Shown here piece after piece: positions 36,501-46,485 of a stretch of 64,000 nt of DNA. Under the pieces are notes generated by a model that was not told the origin of the DNA, searched no databases, and saw only the letters and a program-made list of their open reading frames with translations. The first letter of the stretch is position 1. Each line of letters begins with the position of its first letter. The stretch is taken from NCBI GenBank assembly GCA_950097015.1, contig CATNEN010000029.1, positions 6,076,001 to 6,140,000 of the forward strand, in the 5' to 3' direction. The DNA is from Macrostomum hystrix. Lineage: Eukaryota > Animalia > Platyhelminthes. The translations under genes were made by a program, and so were the position numbers.

Positions 36501-38630
36501 TCCCGTAGTCATTGAAGTCAGTAGGCTCCCAGATGCCTCTCCTGATGCCCTCGTCGTAGGCGCGCTCGAGCTCCTCGCGGATGGCGAAGGGGACAGGCCT
36601 AGCCTTCCGGAACACCGGCTTTGCATCCGGGTTAAACTGCAACTCGAGCTTGAAGTCCTTGAGGCAACCCAGCTCGTCCTTCCACAGGTCCGGGAATTCG
36701 TCGCAAAGATTTCGGCAGGCCTTTTGAAGAGCCTCGTCCGGCAGCAGGTGGTCAAACACTGCGTTGACTTCTTGAATGGCGCTGGCAGCGCCGAGCAGTT
36801 TGTCGACGGAGATTCCCAACAGCTTCGTGGCGGTCCGGCCGAGTAGATTCAAGCCGGGCACCTGTGTGACGATGTACTGGATGTCGTGCTCAGGAGCTGA
36901 GCCAGGCAATGTCGTTTTCCCGACGAAGGTACCTAGTACAGGTAAGTCGTGTCGGCTGGCGGACTCGTAGCGTGACATCGCTACTTCGAGCGGCGGCGTC
37001 CCCAGCTTCTTCCAGAATGACTCTGTGATGAAGTTGCCGTTTGTCGCAGTGTCGACCTCGATGGCGAGAGCCTTGCCTTGGATGTGGATCGACACTTCCA
37101 GCTTAGGCAGGTCGTCCTCGGTTCGGGCTACAGCATGTACAAGCACATGCTCCTCGACCTGTTTCACTGGCTTCTTGAAGTTCGCCGCAAGGGCAGATCC
37201 TTTGGCCTTGGAACGGCAGACAGATTCTAGGTGACCCACCTTTTTGCAGTGCCGGCAGGTCGCGTCTTTGAATCGGCAATCGTTTGCCCGATGGTTCTTC
37301 GCTCCGCAGCGGTAGCACGAACCAGACGCAGAGTCAGTAGTAGACCTGGAAGCAGTAGAATCTGTCGTAAATTTCGCCGAAGTGGCTCCGGGTCGCCGAA
37401 CCTTCTGCTTAACCTTGTTAACGGGGCTGGATTTGTCGCCGTAAACCGTCTCCTTGGCGACTCGGGCGGCTTCCTCTGTCTCGATGGCGATCTCGACAGC
37501 CCGGGCGAACGTGAGCTCTTCCACCTTTAATTTGAACAAAGCTTTGAGTACTGCTTCGTTCCTCACTGAGCAGATGAAACGCGTGCGCAGCGCCTCGTCC
37601 AGTGGATCTTTGATGGAAGAGAAATCGCAGGTGGTTGCGTCCTGGCGGATTCTCGCAGCCAGTTCCTGGATCGTCTCACCCGGTTTCCGCCGCATGTCGC
37701 TCCAGAACCGGAAACGCTCCCGCACGATGAAGCGCTTGGTGTCATACTGTTCTTCCATGAACTTCTCAATCTCGTCCATAGTGAGCGTGTTGATCTCCTT
37801 CCGCGGCGTCTGCTGCGCTGCCAAGTTTGAGAGAAGCTTGTAGACAGACGGAGACTGGTTCGTCAGGAACACCTGAGCCTTCTTGTCGTCGGGTATGGAG
37901 TTCGCGCCCGTGAAGGTGCAGAATCTGGCCAAGTAGTCGGGCCAGAGCTCGGACGTGGCGTCGAATGGCGAGAAACCCGGAGTCGACGTCGTCACATGTG
38001 TCGGCAAAGCTGCAGCGGTTTAAACTGTGTTTAGCTGTGTCGACAGCTAAACATTAACTTGGGACTGGTCCGCTGCAGGCTTTAGAGACCGAATGAGGTC
38101 GAGCATCATCTGCCGGTCAGCGTTCCGCTGTTGGCGTTCTTCTTCCATCTGCTGCCGTAGGAGGCTGATTATATCCTCGTCTTGCATCGTTTCGGGCATG
38201 ATTGTAGTAGCTTGATCCTTCGGTCAATAGTGACAGTCGTTGTAGATTAGACGTCCTCGAAGTTGATCAAGATCCTGCTTGCGACGCCAGAAAATCCCTG
38301 TTGTATTCTTGAAGTAACGAATACAGAGATTCCGATTGTAGTGTTGGTAAATGTAAGTATAGCGCCGAAAGGAGCACTCGGCAGTCGACTGGATAAGCGT
38401 GTATTTGTAACAGCAGTATTATTAAATACTGGAAAGGTCTTGAGTGTGTGCACCGCGCGGGGGTTTCTATTTATAGCCTGGGGAGCGAGTGGGAGAACTT
38501 TCTAGAAAGTTCTCATAGATAGCCCGCGGGGGAGGCGCAGAGAAGATTCTGGAAACAACAGAGTGTTATAACAAGTGGTAGAAAGTTCTAGAAAACTATT
38601 TACGGAATTATCGTAACGAAACCCACAACA
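33525..38630 (-). mobile_element. Full-length Ty3/Gypsy LTR retrotransposon
   Basis: 332-bp LTRs (33525-33856, 38299-38630) with TG...CA ends and no differences seen by eye; GTAAT TSD (33520-33524, 38631-38635); PPT GGTGGGGAGG next to the 3' LTR; PBS-like TGGCGTCGC after the 5' LTR; TATAAATA in the LTR. Confidence 0.97.
33895..38007 (-). CDS. Gag-Pol polyprotein (capsid, 2 zinc knuckles, protease, RT, RNase H, integrase)
   Basis: PFDATSELWPDY gag start, CYRCG and CRHC knuckles, EVDTAT protease, FYLDD RT, CDAS/TDHKPL RNase H, HLGH..CHSC and DDE integrase in Gypsy order; single open frame. Confidence 0.95.
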   Translation of the reverse strand: MPTHVTTSTPGFSPFDATSELWPDYLARFCTFTGANSIPDDKKAQVFLTNQSPSVYKLLSNLAAQQTPRKEINTLTMDEIEKFMEEQYDTKRFIVRERFRFWSDMRRKPGETIQELAARIRQDATTCDFSSIKDPLDEALRTRFICSVRNEAVLKALFKLKVEELTFARAVEIAIETEEAARVAKETVYGDKSSPVNKVKQKVRRPGATSAKFTTDSTASRSTTDSASGSCYRCGAKNHRANDCRFKDATCRHCKKVGHLESVCRSKAKGSALAANFKKPVKQVEEHVLVHAVARTEDDLPKLEVSIHIQGKALAIEVDTATNGNFITESFWKKLGTPPLEVAMSRYESASRHDLPVLGTFVGKTTLPGSAPEHDIQYIVTQVPGLNLLGRTATKLLGISVDKLLGAASAIQEVNAVFDHLLPDEALQKACRNLCDEFPDLWKDELGCLKDFKLELQFNPDAKPVFRKARPVPFAIREELERAYDEGIRRGIWEPTDFNDYGTPVVPVRKPSTGSEQPKLRVCGDYSCTINPQLEDNRHPLPLPEELLQKLGGSYCFSKVDLADAYNQIELGPMSQRRLALSTHRGVLLQKRLAFGPKSAVGEFQFIMEMVAGDLPGVVFYLDDYLVGGATADEHLANLRRLFQRLSDKGLRCRREKCKFAMPSIEYLGYVLSKEGIAKGTKVDAVREMPPPKDVSSLRSFLGSVQFYAKFLPPSMATISEPLYRLTRKDAPWTWGDAEQRAFEQIKEELSSDNVLVHYNADLPLGLSCDASNVGIGAVLFHRYPDGSERPIANASKSLTDAQRRYPQIQKEALSIIFGLKKFFQYLFNRKFILVTDHKPLISLFGPEKETPVMAANRLARWANLLHNFTYEIEYRQTKSHGNADALSRLPVGDDLDFDGEESTADFDMVCAIKVLSLQIRPADASAVAKESSRDPVISTAMRYCREGWPPIGRDEDAELARLRKVKDSLSCCNGCLLHGCRLVIPRNLRNEVLKILHLGHFGIQRMKQLARSAVYWPNIDDDVEHLCHGCHSCAEHQNHPPKAAVHPWMMPEKPWSRLHLDHAVNFLGTNWLVLTDAYSKYPCIHPTQSMSTRATIELLEEDFAHFGYPHAIVTDNAAAFMAEEFQAWCREHGIAHLTGAPYHPATNGAAERLVQTFKKALKKSSLPPARALQQFLMQYRRTPAVNGYSPSELLNGRQIRTQIDTLLPSPAHLAQDRQVKQAEESRARKKVSRVREGYNVGDPVYARYYGPRREKEGRWVPAVVTKRHGSRSVNVKVVPSGPVWRRHFDQLQPRHVSAEDGEPGSLPTQQNETAGHLMLPATPAVAHPGSRPRPPGWRAPDQVQHPPPYGPDNPRRSARQRKPRLQMDL

Positions 38631-39643
38631 GTAATTATCAGATGCAACTGTTTTCTAATTTTCTAACTATTTTCTAACCCAACATAATTTAAGCGCACTT
38701 TTTAGCCTTTACCTCTTTACCTAAATCTACTACGAGCATAATGCTGCACTACCCAAAAAAATTTTCATTTGTATTTCAAGGACTACTAAACAACACAAAC
38801 TAAACTACTAAACTTACTTGTTTAGTAAGTCCTTGTTGTATTTATGGTACACTGTTACTCATTACTCGTTACTCATGTTATGTATTCCTATTTATTTTTA
38901 ATGCACTCACAAATATTCGAGCATGCATGCTCCTTAGATTTACCCTCTTTATTAGATCTCTTTTTCGGGACCCCCTCCCTTGTATATTTTTCCCTAATAT
39001 TCCTCCCAATCAGTACCAAATATTGCCTAATATTGAAACATTTTTTTCTTATTTTTTATTCAATACCAGCTCAAATACTTTGAAGTGAAAAATCGAGGAA
39101 ATTCAATAAATTTTCTGTTAAATAGATTAAATTTCCCGTGGCAGAAGTCTTCGGAACCAGCGGGATCAACATCTTGTGGGAAATTCTTCTTTTTAACAAC
39201 AACTTAGACTACTCGAAGTTCTGCAAAAATGTAAAATTAGCATTCTTTGACAGAAACTTGCAGAAATAAGTTAATTTTATTAATTTTCTTTCCTTGATGC
39301 CTAAACGAACACGAAACTCCTTCAATGCTGCAACTTTCTAACCTCTTTGTTAAGAAGTAGATACATTTTTAAACGGGAAAACAAGTACGAAATATTCTGA
39401 TTGTTCGCGAGCCTGATAAAATTGGAGAGTGTGCACGATACGTCGCTTTCTATTGTTCTTAAAATTTGCCTGGATTATCGCATGCAAAACAATAAGCATT
39501 AAGTTTAAATAGCCGCACATTGCACCAGTCTTTACAGTAAACAAAACATTTTCTGGTTCCATTGGCATTGGCATTCGTTTTAAATTAGGCCTACAGCTTT
39601 GAGTTTGAAATAATAAATCTAGCAAAGCCTAACTATAAATAAA

Positions 39644-42600
39644 ATGGATGTCAGCTTGGATGAGATTATAAAGCAAAAGAAACTATCGATGTAAGTTTAT
39701 AACTACATTTTTCGTTATGCTAGCTTTAAATTAGCAACACAACACCCATTAGAGACTGTTCCATCTGTGGCATTGGAGCCATCTATCTCTACTCTAATCC
39801 TATCTGGTACATGTGTATAGCAGCCAGATGTGGAGGCTTAAGCCTCTTTTTTCTGACATGCAGCAAATTATAAAATTTACTTATATTACTTAAATTACCT
39901 ATAATGTAAGCATTTCAGAGCAGCCTTCTTGTTGCTAGGTTCTGCTTTTGCCACTGGTCAGCAGTGCACATATTTTGATTTCAAATTAGGAAGATTGCTG
40001 GTTGAAATATTTTAAAGAGAAAGGAAGAGTGAGGATAGAAGGTGGGAAAAGATCATGCAAAGGGAATGGAAGGAGGGAGAGTGAGGGACGGTAAGAAAGG
40101 AAAGAGACAGGAAAAGGGAGACATTTTTGAGGGATGAAGCAAATAGTGAAATAATAGCCTATGAGCTATCCTTTGTTCTCCTATCCTCTAGAACAGATTC
40201 CAGTGGAAGTCATTCACTCCTACCTCAATATTCGCCATTAGACAGGTGGCAACCTCCTCTCATCCATGGAGCATGTCAAAGCTGCTATTCTGCATGCTAA
40301 ACCCTATTGAAATGGTCTTGTATCTCAAACTGCCAAAAAGGCAAGATATGACTTTTTTGATTAATTAAAACAAAATATACAACAATGCCCAAATTCAACT
40401 ACTTAGATGAAGATAGAGAGTAGAAGTAGTTTGAAAAAATTATAAGCATGCAATGTGGTTGTGGCAATCCTACACTTCCGTTCGGTAAATTATTTTGAAA
40501 AGGCGTGTTAAATAACAATGTAACCAAACAAAACTGAAACAGTGGAACATGGTAGCAGTCTGTTAGAGCGCATAGTCACTTAGAGTGTGTCTGCAGGTCA
40601 TTAAGGTGTCTACAATGGATAGTAATGTCCAATCCAGTACAGGATAGCCCCAAATGGACATTGGGGATACAGACGACGCCAGAGAAATTCCTCAATGTGT
40701 GCGTCGAAGAGAGCGTCACTCGTGCCATGCATGTTGCGGATCTTGCGCTTCGCGTTGAGCGAACTCTGTTCACTCAAACTTTTGGCCATAGACACATTGC
40801 CAATCGACGTCATTTGACTCGGTGGTACGAATTCAAATGTGAAAATAATTTACCGAACAGAAGTGTAGGATTGCCTGTGTTGTTTAATGTGCAGTCTGTC
40901 CCACACAAAAATATTTATTTCCTAATAGGCCTATGTTTTCCTAAAGCTATAGGAATTTATTTCCTATAGTTTAAGCCAATAGTATATTAGGGTGTAAGAC
41001 AGACCCCATGTTAAACCTCATTTACTTACTTTAAGTTTAAAAGTCAGTAGTAAGAGATAGCTGTATCTTTTGTGCAGGACAGATTGCACTTTAAACCACA
41101 TGTTGCTCACCATCCTAAATTTGTGCATTGCTGTGTATATTAGTTTTAACAGTAAAAAAATACATCTAGCCAATCAGAGTTTAGTTGGTGATCTTAGATG
41201 TTAACTGTATTTTAATGTAGTTTTTTAAATGTAGAAAAACACACAATTTAACATGTGGCAATGTCAAATACATTGCAATGTGGCATTTAGAGTACACATT
41301 CATGGCACTACCATATTTTTTTCATTCATTTCATTTTCTTAGCTAAAATGAAAAATTATTTTACCTTAGTAAGTTTTTTAAGCTAATTCTTATTAACAAT
41401 TTAAGTCCATTAAGCCAATTCTCTGTAGCTATGCCTATGCCCAAAATGCCTTACTGCTGAGTGAAGCTCAACTGAATTGGTTTAAAGGCCAGACATTACT
41501 GCTCTACTATTTAGTCCCAGCCAACAATGTTAATATCATTTTTTAAATTTAAAGCTTGATAGCTCTTATGTCTGAGACTTATATAAATTCTAGCACTTAA
41601 ATAAATGCTAATTTATCCGGTTCTGTAGTTCAATTCAAAGCAAGGCACTTTATCACGTGATTAAATCCATCTTCTAAACAAAAATGCTTTGATTATACAC
41701 AGGCCAAAGCGTAAGCCTGGTCAGCAGAAGCAACAGCCGCAGCGTCGGCAGCAACAGCAGCAGCAGCGCGGTCAGGGAACAGTGAAGCGCCAGCAGCAGG
41801 TTGGCGACGCGCGCGATCGGATCAGCAAGCTGCGCAAGCAGAGCCTCATTGGCCAGGACGCGCGGGGTCGCATTCAGCAACGCAAACGGTTGAACATCAA
41901 GGACGCCAGGCAACTGCTTGCCGGCGGTAAGAAGCAGCTGCCGCGGACTGGGACAACTGCGCCAGCTCAGCAGCAGCTGCAGGCGGTGAGGCGTCAGGCG
42001 GCCGGTCCGGCCGCTGGCCTAGTTAGCGCCGGGCCGCTTGTAGTGCCCAAGAAAGTTGTGGCCAACAATCTCTACAGGCAGAGGCCGGCGCCGCCGCCGC
42101 AGTTGGAATACGAAGATGACGACGATTATTCGGCTGCCAGACAGCGGCCTGGTCTGGCTCGTTTGATTCCCGTCCAAGTGTCCAGACAGAGGCGCGAGCG
42201 CAGTCGTTCGCCAGTCCGTCGCTATGCTCCGCCGCCAACTCAGCCGCTGCCGCCGCCGCCGCCTCCGACAGCTGCCCAGTCGTCTTCTTCGGCTACTATA
42301 GTGCAGGCCTACAAAGTTTCTATAAATAATTTGCACACAGGTGTGACGCGCGAGGACATCTACGAATTATTCTCCAGTGTTGGTCAGGTGAGACTTGGCC
42401 AATTTAATTTTTTATTAGAGATTAGGCTAAGGAGATTAATACACTTTGCTAGCTCCGCATTGTTAGAGGGTGAGTGGCCGAGAATTTAACGCGTTTGCTT
42501 CTCGCACCAAGGTCCTCGATTCCGCGGCGAGGCCACATTTATTTGGGGCGCAGCCGCGGAGAGAAGTCTTGGGGGCTTGTCGTGCAATTGCCCCCCTCAA

Positions 42601-43168
42601 GGGGCCCACCCCCATGGCACAGTGAGATTGTACACTGGCGACACTGCCTTTCGATGAGAAAGTCAGGGCAGAAGTACACACCTGTGTGAGTGTGTGCCTA
42701 CGTACAGCATTTGTGTAGTGTGTGCTCAGAAGTCAGCGAAATGAAAAAAACATTGCCTCATCGCTGGCTACGGGTCTAGTGTCACCAAATGATGTGCCAG
42801 TGCCCGCAACCCCCTGCAATAATAATTATTACTAAACCGCATTGTTTGTCCGCCTTCATAAGGTAAAAAAGTGCGTCCTGCTGCAGCCGGGCGCTGCCGA
42901 GGTAGTCTATCCATCGAAGGAGCACGCTCTGGCTGCTATTCGGCGCTACGACAGGCGCGAACTGGACGGCATGCCGATGCAGCTTCGCTTGTCGGTTGTC
43001 GGCATTAAGGTCCACGCTGCTAGCGGAGCCGGCGGCGGCAGCTCTGCCAGGTCGTCAGCCGCTGGGGCTATCGACGAACGAGCGGTGCGGGCCGCTCTGT
43101 TTCGCACTGGCGAAGATCATCGTCACCACAGCGGCGGCAGGCCGGTTAACTTCAAAGTGTCCGTCTGA
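39644..43168 (+). CDS. POLDIP3: Polymerase delta-interacting protein 3 (SKAR), exons 39644-39690, 41703-42387, 42863-43168
   Basis: N-terminal MDVSLDEIIKQK motif, repeated DAR motifs, RRM VSINNLHTGVTREDIYELFSSVG/..PGAAEVVY..YDRRELDGMPM, C-terminal FKV; splice phases consistent. Confidence 0.88.
40463..40875 (-). mobile_element. Merlin/IS1595-type DNA transposon deletion derivative in POLDIP3 intron 1
   Basis: 34-bp TIRs GGCAATCCTACACTTC(C/T)GTTCGGTAAATTATTTT; flanks TGTGGTTGT / TGTGTTGT as a probable 8-9 bp TSD; internal KRKIRNMHGT..FDAHIEEFLWRR..ILYWI resembles the Merlin transposase C-terminus. Confidence 0.85.
42468..42833 (+). mobile_element. tRNA-headed SINE, family B copy 2 (POLDIP3 intron 2)
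   Basis: Colinear with 20027-20395; B-box partly deleted. Confidence 0.85.
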
Positions 43169-45002
43169 TGCTGGCTGATCTAATCTATTTTAGTCTGAAT
43201 TGCAGCGACTTTACCAGTTTTTTTCCTTCGCTACCTAACAAATCGCATTGATAATAAAGTTGTCTCTGTAAGTAGCTTTGGTAGCTTCTAAATTACATAT
43301 TTTGTTTAAATACTTGGCCCAACAAGAAGTCGATTGTTAGCACTTAAAATTAGTTGTTTATATTAAATTGTCTCTCTCGTCTGTGCATTGTACCCTGTGT
43401 CTGTAAATTACCTTGAGCTGAAATATTGTTCTGTACTTTAACGTCTTACAGTACCAGCTCTCGCCATTATTACTATTTGCCTAGCATTCAATTCCCTATT
43501 TAGCCTACTAATAGTAGACTTGTTGCTTATCATGCCACATTTTAATAGTTTTTAAGCTGCTAGTTAAATATATTAATTGTCGAAAATATCTCCCCGTGTC
43601 GCTTGCAGATCGTCGATCGGAATCTAAGGTTAAAAATATCTGTTTGGGGAAATGGTGACAGAAAAGGCCAGTAAAACAAATCGCTTTGTGAAAATTATTG
43701 CTATTCTCAATCACTATGCCACTACTTTAAGTAGCAATAAAACTAAGTTGTCTTGAAATTTGTAAAATGCACTGAACAACTCGCTTATGTTGCGCGACTG
43801 TCCGTCGGTCTGAAAAATCGTCAATAACAAATCATTGCTTGGCGTAATACTCGTAGTACAGCCATCGCACCCTTGGCGAAGAGCAATGGAACCTGTTGTT
43901 TCTTTATATCAAACTAGCTATCTTCTCTATGGTTCCTTTGTTGGCCATTGTGACGCTCAAGGCTGGGAATCACGCCTGCCACGACAATGAGGCTGGGTCT
44001 TACTGTCAATGATTTATCAATTATATTTCTTGAAGAGAGGTAAGGTACGCTACGAAAGAGGCAACACTTATAAAGCGGACTTTGGGGAAACATTAAATCT
44101 TTAGTCGATGGTAATAATAATAATAATAAAGGATAAAAATTCCTTCGACATATTGTAAACATTGGAGATAGTCTGTGTGGGTGTAATAGTTAAGGTGTTA
44201 TTTCAACACAGAGGGTCAGATTGCTATGGGGTGAAACACGGGTCGGTGGCGGCACTCTCGAGTACTCCTGGGTGGCTCTGGCACGGGTGCAGTTGAAGTT
44301 TTGTATTCGGGCCCTGGAACTGAAGGCTCAGTTTTTTCGCTGTGTTGCGAACTCGGTGCATGATTTAGTCCACTTTTGGGACAGCTCGTCACTGGTTCGC
44401 TGGTACAGAACAGTCTCGCCTTGCTGGAAACTGGAGACCACTGGTCCTTACTGGTCTTTACATCCACAACGATATTACCAGCACGTGGAACAAGGCCCAA
44501 TCCATATGCTGCCTCTGAAATGCGTACGTCGTGGTAGGCCACTCGTCACGATCATGAGCTAATCTTGACTGTAGACGGCTGCAAATGGAGGGTTCGACAT
44601 CAGAGGCGGAGCGCATCTCTGGCCACCAGCATGACAGGGCCATGTAATTGTAGTCCGAGACATCCGAGTGGTGTGGGTTTGCATACTGCTGGCATTATGC
44701 AAAGCAAGGTGATCACAACTATGCTTCAACGCCTTCAACCGGTTTCAATAGGTCATTAGCGGTTTATCGTGGCTTATAAGAGACACCGTGGTTCACGTCC
44801 ACCCTTGGTACTAATAGTAACAGTAATAACATATGCCTAAACTGGCGGAAGATTTGCTAAAATGTAGGAAAAGAGGAGAATAATCAATAATCAAGACAAT
44901 CATAACGTTATTATGTTCACAATCAAGATAACGCAGAATTTTCATCATTTAATCACGTGATTAGGCTTTCGTAAGAAGCTAAAAAAATCTGCAAAACTGT
45001 AC

Positions 45003-45019
45003 CGCCCCCGGGTGGGCTC

Positions 45020-45056
<37 letters not shown>

Positions 45057-45076
45057 GCCGATTGCGCCACGGAGGC
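45003..45076 (-). tRNA. tRNA-Asn (GTT)
   Basis: GCCTCCGTGGCGCAATCGGCTAGCGCGTTCGGCTGTTAACCGAAAGGTTGGTGGTTCGAGCCCACCCGGGGGCG; full cloverleaf with T-run terminator downstream. Confidence 0.96.
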
Positions 45077-46485
45077 CGCTGATCGAGGGCGCAGTTTTAA
45101 TAAATTTTATAACATAAATTTGGTTTTAAGTTGAAAACAACTATTTTTGGTAAAAAAAACTATAATTTTATGCTATTACAAGGACAGTATGATTTTAAGG
45201 CACATGAATAACCTAAACATGACATTTCTTACAAGTCTAAGAGTAGGCTCGATATTCTACTCTGTTTGAATGCAAGTAGCATTCAATGTATTTAATCTCC
45301 CTTTTTGAAATTATAGCCATCCAATTTCCAAGAATGGGGTTGAGTCTCCATTCCATTGGATAAGACCTGAATAAATCAATACGTAGGAGGGCTTTTGCCA
45401 CGGGGTTGGCGAGACACGGGAGAACATCGCTTAGTAAGAAAATTGAGGATGCCTGCCTGCCTGTCTGCCCTACCCCGGCTCCAAATCCCGCCTCTAACCC
45501 TATGCCTTTCTTCTCTGCCTCTGCCTCACTGTACAGACAGCGCTGTTCGGCCTGCTTTGGAAAGAGAGGCAAGGGAGATGAGTGACGAGGGAAGGGTATT
45601 GCTGCCTGTTTGAACGAAGAGGCGCGGATCGTGAAGGCAGACAGAAAGGCATTTCCACACTAGAAATCCCTTCCTCCCTTCTGTCCCACTTCTCTCCCAT
45701 TTCCCATTCCGTTCGTTCACCGATTTTCTCGTCCCTCGCTGTCCCGTGCCCTAGCTCCCTCTCCACAGTCAGGCCCTGCTGGCCTTACCAACCCGCCGAG
45801 AGAAAGAGTGAGAGGAGAGACTAGACACCCTATAGACTGGAGAATAGAGCGCAGGAGAATAGACTAGAGCAGTGTGACAGCGCACTGGAACCTCCGCAGC
45901 CCCGGCCGTCATCAGCACAATCTCCTCCCCCTCTGACCCCTCCAACCCTGATCCTCATTCTCCCTGCCCCACCAACCCGGCAGTTCTTCTGGCAGTATCG
46001 CAGCTGCAGCTGCAGGCAGAAGAGAGGCATTTGTTATCGCGGGCTCAGATCCCTCCTCCCCCCACGCGCGCGCGGGCAAGGAGCCAACTCTGAGCTCCCA
46101 GGACTTTCTAACGCCTAGATTTCTTTTGTAGACCTTGTCGTATGACAGTTAAATAGTTCGAAAGAAATCTTTGTTATAAACAAGATAGTAATGGATCACT
46201 AGCATTAGTTCAATTAATAATCAACCAAGGACAAAGGTAAGTAAAAGTTCTCCTATGCCTTTCTTCTTTTTTGTTCCTCACATTTTATCTCTTGAGTTAT
46301 TTAATATTCTATAGAATAATAATAAAATTATTTACTTTGATCTTGGTAGAAATAACAGATCCACTTCGATGAAAGATCATTGATGAAAAATAGATTCAAT
46401 CGTCATTATATTGAGAAAGTAATTTAGTATTGTGTGATTTTATTACCTATTTTATTTATTCACTTTTATTTTTTCAGGTGACAAA

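Noticed and set aside
33942-37843. Alternative-frame and antisense ORFs within the Gypsy element
   Set aside because: Expected by-products of a GC-rich Gag-Pol ORF.
43860-44800. Possible retroelement remnant
   Set aside because: GC-richer with short ORFs, but no diagnostic motif, LTR pair or TSD.
45395-45830. Possible shared repeat with 61500-61760
   Set aside because: Only short scattered matches (GAGACACG, TACCAACCC); cannot be distinguished from chance by eye.
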